Source of the DNA: Promethearchaeota archaeon Loki_b32
GTDB lineage: Archaea; Asgardarchaeota; Lokiarchaeia; Sigyniarchaeales; SOKP01
Length of the DNA: 64,000 nucleotides
Assembly: GCA_005223125.1 (NCBI GenBank)
Contig: NJBH01000005.1
Coordinates: 64,001 to 128,000 of the forward strand
Direction of reading: 5' to 3'
The translations under genes were made by a program, and so were the position numbers. This document shows positions 37,965-47,558 of this stretch, piece after piece (position 1 is the stretch's first letter; every line of letters begins with the position of its first letter). A model generated the notes under the pieces. That model made no database searches. It saw only the letters and a list, made by a program, of their open reading frames with translations, and was not told the DNA's origin.

Positions 37965-39089
37965 ATGAAAAGAATAAAAAGCATAGATACTTTTCGCGGT
38001 TGGTGTTTATTTATGATGATTTTTGGACATATGCTTTCCTGGTGGGTAAGATCTGAGGATCGTTGGTTAACTTCAGCAATTCATTCAATTTTCGGTGATA
38101 TAATAGGTACTGGATTCTTATTTGTTTCAGGATTAAGTGCTGTATTATTCTTCAAGAGTAGACTTATTAAAGCTGAAGCTTCAGAAGATATTAATATAGA
38201 GCATGTAAATAATGAATATTTATTTCGGGCTTTACTTATATTAATTGCTGCTTTAATATTTAATAGTATTACAGCAATAGGGACATTAAACCCTTTAAAT
38301 ATTTGGAAATGGTATATCCCACTTACAATTGCGATTTCACTCTTATTTGCGTTTTCAACATTAAAAACTCCAAAATGGTTTAGAATATTACTAGCCGTGA
38401 TTATTTGGATCTTCCATTATTATATTCTTTCAATTCTTTTACCTTATCAAGGACAGATTCATGTTTTTGGAGTATTATTTCATATTCTATATAATTCCAT
38501 GGGTTTACATCCCATTCTATTCTATTTCAGTTTTTTTCTAATAGGAACAGTTGTAGGAGATGTAATATTTGAAATTTACCTTATAGATAATCAAAAAGAA
38601 AGAAGATCACAATTTAAAAAAAAAATTTTACTTCCTTTATTAACAATTGGCTCAATTCTATTATTAATAGCATTTTTATTCCTTTTTCCTAGTTTTTTAT
38701 TACATGCTACTTTTTCATCAACAGTTTATTCTCTAGGAACGTTGTTTGTTTCATTCTCAGTTTTATTAATCTTTGAAGAATATAAAGTCATAAAAGTAGA
38801 AAAAAGCTATAGATTTTTCTTATTCTACTCTTTTTATTCTTTCACCATCTATTTTTCACATTTTATCTTATATTTTATTTTTTTAAATCGATTAAATGCA
38901 TTTAACTTCTGGATCGCCTTTTTCGGGACATTTATTTTGTTAACTTTATTAATTAGAATCGTGTATAAAAAATATAATATAAAGGCTTCTTTAAAGGTAC
39001 AAATTGCTAGGATATCGTTAATTTTAGTAACAAGGATGGAAGTAAAAAAAAAAAAGAAAGACAGAATTCTTTTACAAAGTAAAACATAA
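37965..39089 (+). CDS. Membrane acyltransferase-like protein (DUF1624/HGSNAT-type)
   Basis: RIKSIDTFRG...MIFGH, FLFVSG, YSFTIYFSH and about 10 TM. Confidence 0.78.
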   Translation: MKRIKSIDTFRGWCLFMMIFGHMLSWWVRSEDRWLTSAIHSIFGDIIGTGFLFVSGLSAVLFFKSRLIKAEASEDINIEHVNNEYLFRALLILIAALIFNSITAIGTLNPLNIWKWYIPLTIAISLLFAFSTLKTPKWFRILLAVIIWIFHYYILSILLPYQGQIHVFGVLFHILYNSMGLHPILFYFSFFLIGTVVGDVIFEIYLIDNQKERRSQFKKKILLPLLTIGSILLLIAFLFLFPSFLLHATFSSTVYSLGTLFVSFSVLLIFEEYKVIKVEKSYRFFLFYSFYSFTIYFSHFILYFIFLNRLNAFNFWIAFFGTFILLTLLIRIVYKKYNIKASLKVQIARISLILVTRMEVKKKKKDRILLQSKT

Positions 39090-39094
39090 AATAT

Positions 39095-40363
39095 TCATAA
39101 TAACATAGCTTTAAAGAATTTAGGACTTAAAGTTATTTTTGAAAGAGTAGGAAGTTTACCAAACCATTTTTCTCCCACGTATCGATCATTACTAGTATTG
39201 TGGTTTGCTAAGTCATGATTAATATATGCTTCGTAAATGTATTTTCTGGCTAATTTATTTTCATTAAGTAATTCTGTATATATACGCCATAAAGACTTTA
39301 CATGTGAACCTTCGTTGTAGATCAAGTATTCAAGGGCATTTCCATTCTTAAAATAAGGCAATAAGACACGTTTAACTTCTTTATCGTATTTTTGTAATTC
39401 TAATCGACTAAATTTACTTCCTTTCTCAAAGAGAGGTTTTAGCGTGTTATTTGCTATATCCGCACATGCTACTCCAGGTAACAACCCCTCATAAAAAAAG
39501 GCAGTGACTAATCCCGTTGCTTCACCAAGAACGAGAACTCGATCTTTTGAGAAACTTTTAATGGGATGTTTTGAGATATCGCCAACAATAGCAGTAGATA
39601 AATCATATTTCAATCCTTCGATTATGGGTTGAATTGGTTTATAATTTTTTAAAATTCGATCAAGTTTATCAATAACTGCATCCTTCGATTCATTTTTTCC
39701 ACCTAGAAATCCAGTTGCTATTCTCTCTTTACCTTTATTAAAATAAAAAGGTCCCATACTCGAGATCTTGGGATTTATGTGAAATACATAATTATATTCT
39801 AAATTTTCATTTATTTTATCTTCATTTCCAAATAAATGAATTAATGCTCCAGTGTAATGATCAGGTATTTCAAATCCTAAAGATCGTTGTAGATCAAATC
39901 CTCGTGAACCAGTCGCGAGAGCTAATAGCCTTGTATTATAAGATTCACCTTTATTATTGATTAATTCCAAATAATCATCATGTCTATTAATTTTAGAAAT
40001 TTTTTCATTTGAATTGAATGTTCCTCCTTGTTGCTCAAGTTGATTAATAAATTCTTGTAAAATGTTTTCAGTATAACACATATTTCCTAAAGGAATTCCA
40101 AATTCTGTAGAATCGATGATACCGTTAAATTCATCGCTCATATAATTCGATTTAATATGTGGGCATGGAAAGATTACTTTATCATCCCAGTTTATTTCCT
40201 CCTTTATAAAAGGTTTATTATGTTCGGGAAATACGTTTGTCCTAATTGGTATTTCTTTTCGGTAATCCTGCGCTTCAATTAGAAGCGTTTTTGCGTATTT
40301 AGAAATTTTAGATGCAAGTGTCGCACCAGCAACTCCCGCACCAATAATTATAACATCATACAT
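39095..40363 (-). CDS. FAD-dependent oxidoreductase, geranylgeranyl-reductase-like
   Basis: YDVIIIGAGVAG, LATGS and LVLGEATGLVTAFFYEGL. Confidence 0.82.
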   Translation of the reverse strand: MYDVIIIGAGVAGATLASKISKYAKTLLIEAQDYRKEIPIRTNVFPEHNKPFIKEEINWDDKVIFPCPHIKSNYMSDEFNGIIDSTEFGIPLGNMCYTENILQEFINQLEQQGGTFNSNEKISKINRHDDYLELINNKGESYNTRLLALATGSRGFDLQRSLGFEIPDHYTGALIHLFGNEDKINENLEYNYVFHINPKISSMGPFYFNKGKERIATGFLGGKNESKDAVIDKLDRILKNYKPIQPIIEGLKYDLSTAIVGDISKHPIKSFSKDRVLVLGEATGLVTAFFYEGLLPGVACADIANNTLKPLFEKGSKFSRLELQKYDKEVKRVLLPYFKNGNALEYLIYNEGSHVKSLWRIYTELLNENKLARKYIYEAYINHDLANHNTSNDRYVGEKWFGKLPTLSKITLSPKFFKAMLL

Positions 40364-40529
40364 AATTAATCATAACTTTCAAATGAATTGAAATTATTAG
40401 TTAAAATCTTCCTCTTGTTTTTAATTTTTAGTTGGAAAGTTTTTATAGGTGTGACATTCTAATTAACATGAACAAAAAATTTTATTATCTAAACAAAAAA
40501 AAATTCAATTAAATTAAAGGTGGTAAATT

Positions 40530-42236
40530 ATAGGATTAAAATTAGCTTCGGGACTTGCTATAACATCCCTATTTGCATTGATTTATGCTGTCATTTTCGT
40601 GATAGGCGTTTGGTTTTTACCTTCGTCAATATTCGGTCTTCTAATCATGGTTGCTCTTACAATCGGTATGGTACTATTACAATATGGAATATCTCCATTA
40701 ATCATCAATTGGCTCTATAGAATAGATTGGATTCCTTACGAACAATTTGCGGCAGAATTCCCCCATTTAGCAGACTCTCTTGATAAAGTGGTAGCTTATA
40801 ACCGTATAAAGATGCCACGACTAGGAATTATTAGGAATGATTTTAACCCTAATGCTTTCACTTTCGGATATACTAAAAATTCAGCAAGAGTTGTACTAAC
40901 AGACGGAATATTGAAATATTTAAACAAGAAAGAGCAAAATGCCGTATTTTCACATGAATTAGGACATGTTGTTCACTCTGATTTCATTTTAATGACTGTA
41001 GTTTTTGCAATTCCTTTATTGCTTTTAACAATAGCTAGATGGGCTTATTATGCTAGTTTATTTTCAAGAGGTAGAAGAAGTGATAGTGATGAGGCTTCTT
41101 ATCTTCGACTTGCGTTAATTGCGATAGCAGTATTATCTTATTTGACTTATTACTTAAGTTATTTTATCTCACTGATTATAAGCAGAATTAGGGAATATTA
41201 CGCGGATGAGCATAGTGCTGAAGTTTTAGAGGATCCAAATGCATTATCGACGGGACTTGTTAAGATAGCTTACGGTTTATTAGTTGATGGTAATATTGAA
41301 GAAAGAAAAAAATCACGAGTGCGAGCACTTAGAGGAATGGGTATATTTGATCCTAGAGCTGCAAAGGGACTTGGTATCATAAGTGTTGGAACTACACAGA
41401 CCTTCTCTATGGAAGCGATACAAAAAGCTGCAGCCTGGGACTTATACAATCCTTGGGCTAAATATTATCAAGCTATGTCAACACATCCGTTACCAGCGAA
41501 AAGAATAATGCGCTTAAATATGTTATGTGAAATTTACGGCATTCAACCAGAAATTGATTTTTCTGATGCGAAACGATTAAAAGAAGAACAAGCAGGAAAA
41601 TCAATGTGGGATGAATTTCTGTGGGATCTTTTCATGAAAACACTTCCTACACTAGTTTTCATTGCTTTACTAGGAATAACAATTGTTTGGATCTTAGATC
41701 CATTCATAACTGCATATAGTATATCGTTGTTCACTCCCAAATTTATGTTATTACTCTGGGCGGTTGGCTTTTATGTTATAGGCTTTATGTCGATATTAAA
41801 AACGAGATATATGTATAAAAGTGGTTTTGAAGATAAAACAGTATTAGACTTGGTTACTAATGTGAAAGTTTCTCCAATCAGAACAGTACCTGCCTTTTTG
41901 GAGGGAAAGATTGTTGGAAGAGGGATTCCAGGGTATTACTTTAGTGAGGATATGTATTTCCAAGATAATACTGGCTTGATGTATGTAGATTATAGGTTCG
42001 GAATTGGGCTTGTAGATCTTATATTCTCACTAAGAACTGTTAAGCGCTTAATGGGGCAAAGGGTGAGAATTAAAGGATGGTATAGAAGGGGTCCAAGTCC
42101 ATATATTCAAGTAGATACAATTTGGTCTGAATCTGGAAAAAGATACAGAAATTATTCTAAAGCTTTCAGGTATGTCTGGGCTGTTTTAGCATTCATTCTA
42201 GGGATCGTGTGCATTTACTTTTGGTTCCAATTTTAA
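40530..42236 (+). CDS. htpX: HtpX-like M48 zinc metalloprotease with C-terminal membrane and beta-rich extension
   Basis: PNAFTFG, HELGH, SRIREYYAD and STHP. The frame extends upstream of TTG 40578 to ATA 40530, 7 nt after SD AGGTG. Confidence 0.88.
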   Translation: MGLKLASGLAITSLFALIYAVIFVIGVWFLPSSIFGLLIMVALTIGMVLLQYGISPLIINWLYRIDWIPYEQFAAEFPHLADSLDKVVAYNRIKMPRLGIIRNDFNPNAFTFGYTKNSARVVLTDGILKYLNKKEQNAVFSHELGHVVHSDFILMTVVFAIPLLLLTIARWAYYASLFSRGRRSDSDEASYLRLALIAIAVLSYLTYYLSYFISLIISRIREYYADEHSAEVLEDPNALSTGLVKIAYGLLVDGNIEERKKSRVRALRGMGIFDPRAAKGLGIISVGTTQTFSMEAIQKAAAWDLYNPWAKYYQAMSTHPLPAKRIMRLNMLCEIYGIQPEIDFSDAKRLKEEQAGKSMWDEFLWDLFMKTLPTLVFIALLGITIVWILDPFITAYSISLFTPKFMLLLWAVGFYVIGFMSILKTRYMYKSGFEDKTVLDLVTNVKVSPIRTVPAFLEGKIVGRGIPGYYFSEDMYFQDNTGLMYVDYRFGIGLVDLIFSLRTVKRLMGQRVRIKGWYRRGPSPYIQVDTIWSESGKRYRNYSKAFRYVWAVLAFILGIVCIYFWFQF

Positions 42237-42293
42237 ATTTAAGTATTATGAATTGATTTTTTTATCTTATTTTTTATTTTTTTTGTATATTGT

Positions 42294-43052
42294 CTAAATT
42301 ATATTAGTAATCCTATTAGCTGTTTTCCGTAGGTTCATTTCAGCCATTCCTAAAGGTACTGTATCGTCAAAAAGAACAACAAATAAAAGCGGGTCTAATT
42401 TCCAAGGAATATCAATTATTTTGGAAAATACTTTTTGTCCATTCTCTAGACCGTAATACATTTCTGGAAGATTTAAAGCACCCACCATATATCTGATTTC
42501 TAATTCTTTCAAAGAATTAACCAATATCTCACTTGGAAGAGAAGTATAAATTATGTTTCCCTTAGTTGTAAGGAGTGCAGCTCCAACAATTTCATTCTCA
42601 TGTAATAATTCTTCAAAAAGATCGATTGCTTTTTGGTAAAAAGTTTTACTCATATAGATTTCATCTTCTCCTTTAATTATTGATTCAATCATTTTATCCA
42701 GTTTTGGGTTTTCAATTTGTTGGTAATCTTTAATTTCACTACTATCTGGATACTCCTCAAGAAAAACATCAGATATTCTTTCCAAACGAGTACTTACAAA
42801 CAAAAGACTCGCTGTTGAATCCGATAAAATTGAAAAGATGAGATCTTGATGTACCTTAAAGACAAATCTCAATTCTCTCATTTCAAGAATCTCAGGGGTT
42901 TTACGAGAAATTACATTCTCAGAAAAAGAAAATATTGCTGAAAAGAAAGGTGTAATTAAATTAACCTCTATATTCTCAAATTCTTTCGTAAAATTTTTAT
43001 GAAAGATACAAACACCTGACTTTTTGAGTATAAAAAGTGAATGTATTTTCAT
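42294..43052 (-). CDS. Longin-like + roadblock/profilin-like two-domain protein
   Basis: IHSLFILKKSGVCIF...LITPFFSAIFSF (longin pattern) and EIVGAALLTTKGNIIYTSLP (roadblock pattern). ATG at 43052. Confidence 0.7.
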   Translation of the reverse strand: MKIHSLFILKKSGVCIFHKNFTKEFENIEVNLITPFFSAIFSFSENVISRKTPEILEMRELRFVFKVHQDLIFSILSDSTASLLFVSTRLERISDVFLEEYPDSSEIKDYQQIENPKLDKMIESIIKGEDEIYMSKTFYQKAIDLFEELLHENEIVGAALLTTKGNIIYTSLPSEILVNSLKELEIRYMVGALNLPEMYYGLENGQKVFSKIIDIPWKLDPLLFVVLFDDTVPLGMAEMNLRKTANRITNII

Positions 43053-43140
43053 TGTGAGTGATACCTTAATTATCTTATAAGTTAAATTATAGCAATACAG
43101 TCTTTTAAGTATTTTTAATATAGATTTTAATAAAAGAAAT

Positions 43141-44004
43141 CTATTTGAATTCTTGTAAGCATTTTTCAATATCTGGTTTTATTTCTTCCCAAGATGCCAT
43201 TCTATTAATAACGGGAGTCCCGTTTAAACATACTCCCCTAGATAACCCTAATTTCTGAATGAATTCCCTCTTATTTGAATCTACAACGTTAACTTTTATG
43301 TTTGAATATTTATCTAGTCCTTTTTTAATCGTATTGATCATAAATCTTGACCATGGACATTGATCATTAGCAAAAATATCAAAGTTGATTTTTTTACTCT
43401 TCTTAGAATCCTTAGCTTTATGGAATATAAATTTGGGCTTTGCTTTAGAATCTAAATTGAGGAACATAAGAACCCGACTTCCATCTCGATCAACTTCCTG
43501 AAAACCAAATTTATTAAAAAAGGATGAGGGCATGTATTTTATGGAGGTTCCAAACCATCGGTCTCCATCATATGCTAATACACTAGCTCCACTATAATGT
43601 TTTGCTCTAAGAATAAATGAATCAACCAAAGCTGTACCTACTCCTGTATTCCAAAATGGTGGCAAAACCCACATACAATTAATAAAAAGTGATTCTGCTC
43701 CTATTATTGGTTCTAATGCATGTTCTATAGGGATATATTCGAGCAGTCCCATTGGTACCTGTCCTTGAATTGCTAAATCTGAATGAAGCATTTTACCAAC
43801 CCATTTATAATGGATTTCTTCCTGTCTAGGATTTTCAAGTGCTACTAATATTTCAAGACCTTTAGTCATCATCTTCTTAATCCAACAAATTCTTTTGTCC
43901 ATACCATTTTCCATAAGGTCTCTTGTTTCTTGATCCACACTAGGATCAAGACAAATAGCACAAATTAAATCTAACTTGTCCTCTGTTATGATTTGAATTT
44001 CCAT
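43141..44004 (-). CDS. GNAT acetyltransferase with C-terminal thioredoxin-like (YoaP-like) domain
   Basis: GLLEYIP, FINCMWV...GVGTALV, FFNKFGF and DQCPW. Confidence 0.78.
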   Translation of the reverse strand: MEIQIITEDKLDLICAICLDPSVDQETRDLMENGMDKRICWIKKMMTKGLEILVALENPRQEEIHYKWVGKMLHSDLAIQGQVPMGLLEYIPIEHALEPIIGAESLFINCMWVLPPFWNTGVGTALVDSFILRAKHYSGASVLAYDGDRWFGTSIKYMPSSFFNKFGFQEVDRDGSRVLMFLNLDSKAKPKFIFHKAKDSKKSKKINFDIFANDQCPWSRFMINTIKKGLDKYSNIKVNVVDSNKREFIQKLGLSRGVCLNGTPVINRMASWEEIKPDIEKCLQEFK

Positions 44005-44071
44005 AAATCTGATGTTATTTTTAATAAATTTAAATTAATATGGTTACAATATTTTTGGAATTTATGGAGAA

Positions 44072-44860
44072 TTATTCCTTTTTCACCCAATCTTGAATAG
44101 CAACTTTAACTGAACGACTCATTTCTTGCGAGAACTCAGAGCCTGTTTTCCCTAAATAGTAATCTTGTCCAAGATTCTCAGCATTTTTTACTAAGGTATC
44201 TTTTGCAAAGTCCTTAAACATTTCAGAGAACTCTTCTTTATTCAATCGTTTATAAGTATCTATAAAATGGATGAATTTTTTAGGAAATCGTTGTTTGAGT
44301 ATCCTTTTGGATGGATCCTGCTTAGGATATCCAAAACATAACATTATAATTGGAAATACCCATTTTGATAGATTAAACATTTCACGATGAGTTTCAATAT
44401 TTTCTATGATATCCGCTATATAACATGAACCTATTCCCATTGATTCAGCGACAATAACAGCATTCTGGGCTGCAATAATAGCATCACAGCATGCAAGTAA
44501 TAGATCCGACTCATCTGGAGTACGATACACGAGATCTTTCTCAGCACATAATTCTGGTATGCCCGATACTACATAATAATCATACCAGCGTTGCATATCA
44601 GCTAAAAAAATAAGAACTAAAGGTGCTTTTGCTATATGAGGTTGATTATCACAAGTCGTTACTAATTTATCCTTCATTTTTTGATTCTGAACTTCAATAA
44701 TAGAATAAAACATCATGTTCCCTGCGGTTGGAGCACGCATAGCTCCGTGAATGATCATATCTACTTCTTTTTGGGATATGAGTTTTTTGTCGTAAGCACG
44801 AACAGTGCATCTGTAATTTATTACTTCTAATACCTTGTTAATTTTTTCTTTTTCATTCAT
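44072..44860 (-). CDS. Nitroreductase family protein (NfrA-like)
   Basis: RCTVRAY, APTAGNMMFYSII, DAIIAAQN and ESMGIGSCYI. Confidence 0.9.
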   Translation of the reverse strand: MNEKEKINKVLEVINYRCTVRAYDKKLISQKEVDMIIHGAMRAPTAGNMMFYSIIEVQNQKMKDKLVTTCDNQPHIAKAPLVLIFLADMQRWYDYYVVSGIPELCAEKDLVYRTPDESDLLLACCDAIIAAQNAVIVAESMGIGSCYIADIIENIETHREMFNLSKWVFPIIMLCFGYPKQDPSKRILKQRFPKKFIHFIDTYKRLNKEEFSEMFKDFAKDTLVKNAENLGQDYYLGKTGSEFSQEMSRSVKVAIQDWVKKE

Positions 44861-45023
44861 AACTTCTTACCTATCAAATATTTACAAAATTGTTGTCAAT
44901 TATACCTTATTAAATTTTGTTAAATTTTTTTTGTTAACTTTCTTCGATTGTTTGTCTCAAAACTAGGCTCGTTTATTTCTATGTAGAATATTTTTATTAG
45001 TTAACACCTTAAATAAATTTGTC

Positions 45024-45776
45024 ATGAAAGAAAAAGATAATATTATATTTTATAATAGTGCTGAAATCTCTGAGAAATTTTTTCACAATAGGGTAAAACC
45101 AGAAGAAATCATTGATTATTTTGAAGCAGGAAAAATAGAAGGTAAAAAAATAGATAATAAATGGCATGCTGATGAAAAAAACATTGAAAATTTTATCCGA
45201 AATGTATATTTGAAAGAAAAGAGTTATGAAGCGGGGCTTCACAAAGTTGATTTATCTCAAATTACTTTAAATGGGAGAATTTTAGATATTGGAGGTGGAG
45301 GAGAGGGTATTATAGCGCAATTTAAAGGGGAATCTGTTGTAGCTATAGATCCTAATAAAAAAGAACTTGAAGAAGCACCAAGTAAAGGCGATTTAAAAAT
45401 AGTTATGGATGCAAAAGACCTTAAATTTTTAGATAATACATTTGATACAGTAACTTCATTTTACACATTGATGTATATCCCGAAAGAAGATCATAAAAGG
45501 GTTTTTCAAGAAATTTATAGAGTATTAAAAAATGATGGAGAATTTGTAATATGGGATTCCATAATGCCTACAAAAGGAGATAATGATAAATTAATATTTT
45601 TTATAAGTCTTGAAGTTAATATAGGTGCTAAGAAAATTGAATCGGGTTATGGTGTACAATGGAAAAATGAACAAAATTCTGAATATTTTTCAAACTTAGC
45701 AAAAGATGTAGGTTTTGAAATGCTTGAAAGTAATGAAGAGAAATTTACTTTTTACTTAAGATTAAGAAAAAAATAA
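45024..45776 (+). CDS. Class I SAM methyltransferase with N-terminal excisionase/MerR-like HTH
   Basis: N-terminal YNSAEIS...GKIEGKKIDNKW, then ILDIGGGGEG and FLDNTFDTV. Confidence 0.8.
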   Translation: MKEKDNIIFYNSAEISEKFFHNRVKPEEIIDYFEAGKIEGKKIDNKWHADEKNIENFIRNVYLKEKSYEAGLHKVDLSQITLNGRILDIGGGGEGIIAQFKGESVVAIDPNKKELEEAPSKGDLKIVMDAKDLKFLDNTFDTVTSFYTLMYIPKEDHKRVFQEIYRVLKNDGEFVIWDSIMPTKGDNDKLIFFISLEVNIGAKKIESGYGVQWKNEQNSEYFSNLAKDVGFEMLESNEEKFTFYLRLRKK

Positions 45777-45883
45777 CTTGATAAAATCCAGTACAAATTA
45801 AATCTGGTTTAATTTCTATATTTTTAATTATTAATAAAGCGGTTTTTTGAATCTTTTTATAGGATTTCGACCAAATAAATATT

Positions 45884-47233
45884 ATGAAAAATAAAACTCA
45901 TCAATCTTCAATTATTTCTATACTGTTATTCATTGTTATTCTTTCATTAGTTAATTCTGTTCAAAATTTGATTTCGCCAAATTTAATTATAATTTCAAAT
46001 TACTTTGGATTTGGTGGTAATACATCTCAATTAGGTGTTTTAACATCGACATTTATGATATTATCTGGGATATCAATAGTATTTTTTGGTTATCTTGCAG
46101 ATAAAATTACAAGAAAATGGATTGTTCTTAGCGGTACGATATTTTATTCAATTTTTTCAGTTCTTACGATTTTAGTATCCCCAAACTTAGATGGTTATTA
46201 TTTATTTTTTTTCCTCACAGCTATGAATGGAATTGGTTTTGGAGCTATAATTCCGAGCATCTTCTCTTTAATAGGTGATTTAATATCTCAAGAAGATAGA
46301 TCAAAGGGATTTTCATTTTTTTCGATTACCTCCCTTTTAGGAATGGCATTGGGGCTAATAATAGCCACAATCGTCGGCCCCATGGATTGGAGGTTTTCAT
46401 ATCTAATTATAGGAATAATTGGATTAAGTGCTGCTTTTTTTATTCTATTCTTTAATGAACCTTCACGAATTGGTAAGGATTTCTCTTTTTTAACTGAAAA
46501 AGGCGCAATAGATTATACTTATAGAATAAAAAAGTCCGATTTAAAGGTAATCTTCAAAAAAAAATCAAATGTCTGGTTAATAATTAATTTTGTTGATACA
46601 ATTCCAACAGGAATAATCTTGTTTCTAATATTCTATTATATGAGTGATTATCATAACGTTCCGGAAGATATTTCATTAATATTTTTAGGTACAATTTTAC
46701 TTAGTACTTTAATTGGCACAGTAGTTTTTGGATATGTTGGTGATAATTTATTCAAAAAAGGTAGAAAAAATGCACGCGTATTGCTAGCTTTAATAGGAAA
46801 TGTTGTTCCTATACCACTTCTATTTGTAGCTCTAATTATTCCCTTTCAAGCACCAAATAATGTATCTACGGGAGAACTTTTTGCAATTCCAGAAGCAATT
46901 ATTATGTTAATCTTAATGATGATAGGGATGTTTGCTAATGGAGCCGTGAATGGAAACTGGTATGCTACAATTGTAGACTTAAATCTTCCGGAACATAGGG
47001 GGACTACTCTAGCTACGGCTAATCTTTTTGATGTAATTGGAAGATCTCTGGGCCCTCTTATCGGATCTTTTGTCAGAGACGCTTTTAGTTCTGTGTACGG
47101 CATGATGATGTCGATAGTTGCGTGGATCCTAATTCCATTCTTCTGGATACCTGTTCTTAAAAATGTTATAACGGAAATGAATGCTACAGAAAAGATTTTC
47201 TCAGAACGTATAAAAAAATTAGAAAATTCTTAA
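45884..47233 (+). CDS. MFS transporter
   Basis: FGYLADKITRK motif A, 12 TM and PEHRGT. Confidence 0.9.
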   Translation: MKNKTHQSSIISILLFIVILSLVNSVQNLISPNLIIISNYFGFGGNTSQLGVLTSTFMILSGISIVFFGYLADKITRKWIVLSGTIFYSIFSVLTILVSPNLDGYYLFFFLTAMNGIGFGAIIPSIFSLIGDLISQEDRSKGFSFFSITSLLGMALGLIIATIVGPMDWRFSYLIIGIIGLSAAFFILFFNEPSRIGKDFSFLTEKGAIDYTYRIKKSDLKVIFKKKSNVWLIINFVDTIPTGIILFLIFYYMSDYHNVPEDISLIFLGTILLSTLIGTVVFGYVGDNLFKKGRKNARVLLALIGNVVPIPLLFVALIIPFQAPNNVSTGELFAIPEAIIMLILMMIGMFANGAVNGNWYATIVDLNLPEHRGTTLATANLFDVIGRSLGPLIGSFVRDAFSSVYGMMMSIVAWILIPFFWIPVLKNVITEMNATEKIFSERIKKLENS

Positions 47234-47242
47234 TATATTATT

Positions 47243-47464
47243 TTATCTCCAAGCTGCATGTTTCAATATAGCATTAAATGGGCAAGTGTCTTGACATGCT
47301 CCGCATTCAATACACTCACCAATATTTTCCGCATCAACTTTTCCATTAATAACTTCATAGACTTCAGCTGGACACACACTAACACATTCCCCTGATCCCA
47401 TACAGAGATCCAAATCAATTTCTACCCAGTGATTATCTTCTTCCCATTTTTTAATATCAGTCAT
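47243..47464 (-). CDS. 4Fe-4S dicluster-type ferredoxin
   Basis: CMGSGECVSVCP and CIECGACQDTCP. The first motif has Ser in place of the second Cys. Confidence 0.92.
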   Translation of the reverse strand: MTDIKKWEEDNHWVEIDLDLCMGSGECVSVCPAEVYEVINGKVDAENIGECIECGACQDTCPFNAILKHAAWR

Positions 47465-47558
47465 GGATAAATTAACCTTCCTACTTTTCTTATATGGAAG
47501 ATTATTTTATATAATTTATAATCAAAAAAATAAATATTTTCTGTAAATAATATAACTT

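Noticed and set aside
40520-40720. 66-aa ORF overlapping the htpX start
   Set aside because: Its GTG is part of the htpX SD (AGGTGG), and the frame overlaps the htpX TM segments out of frame.
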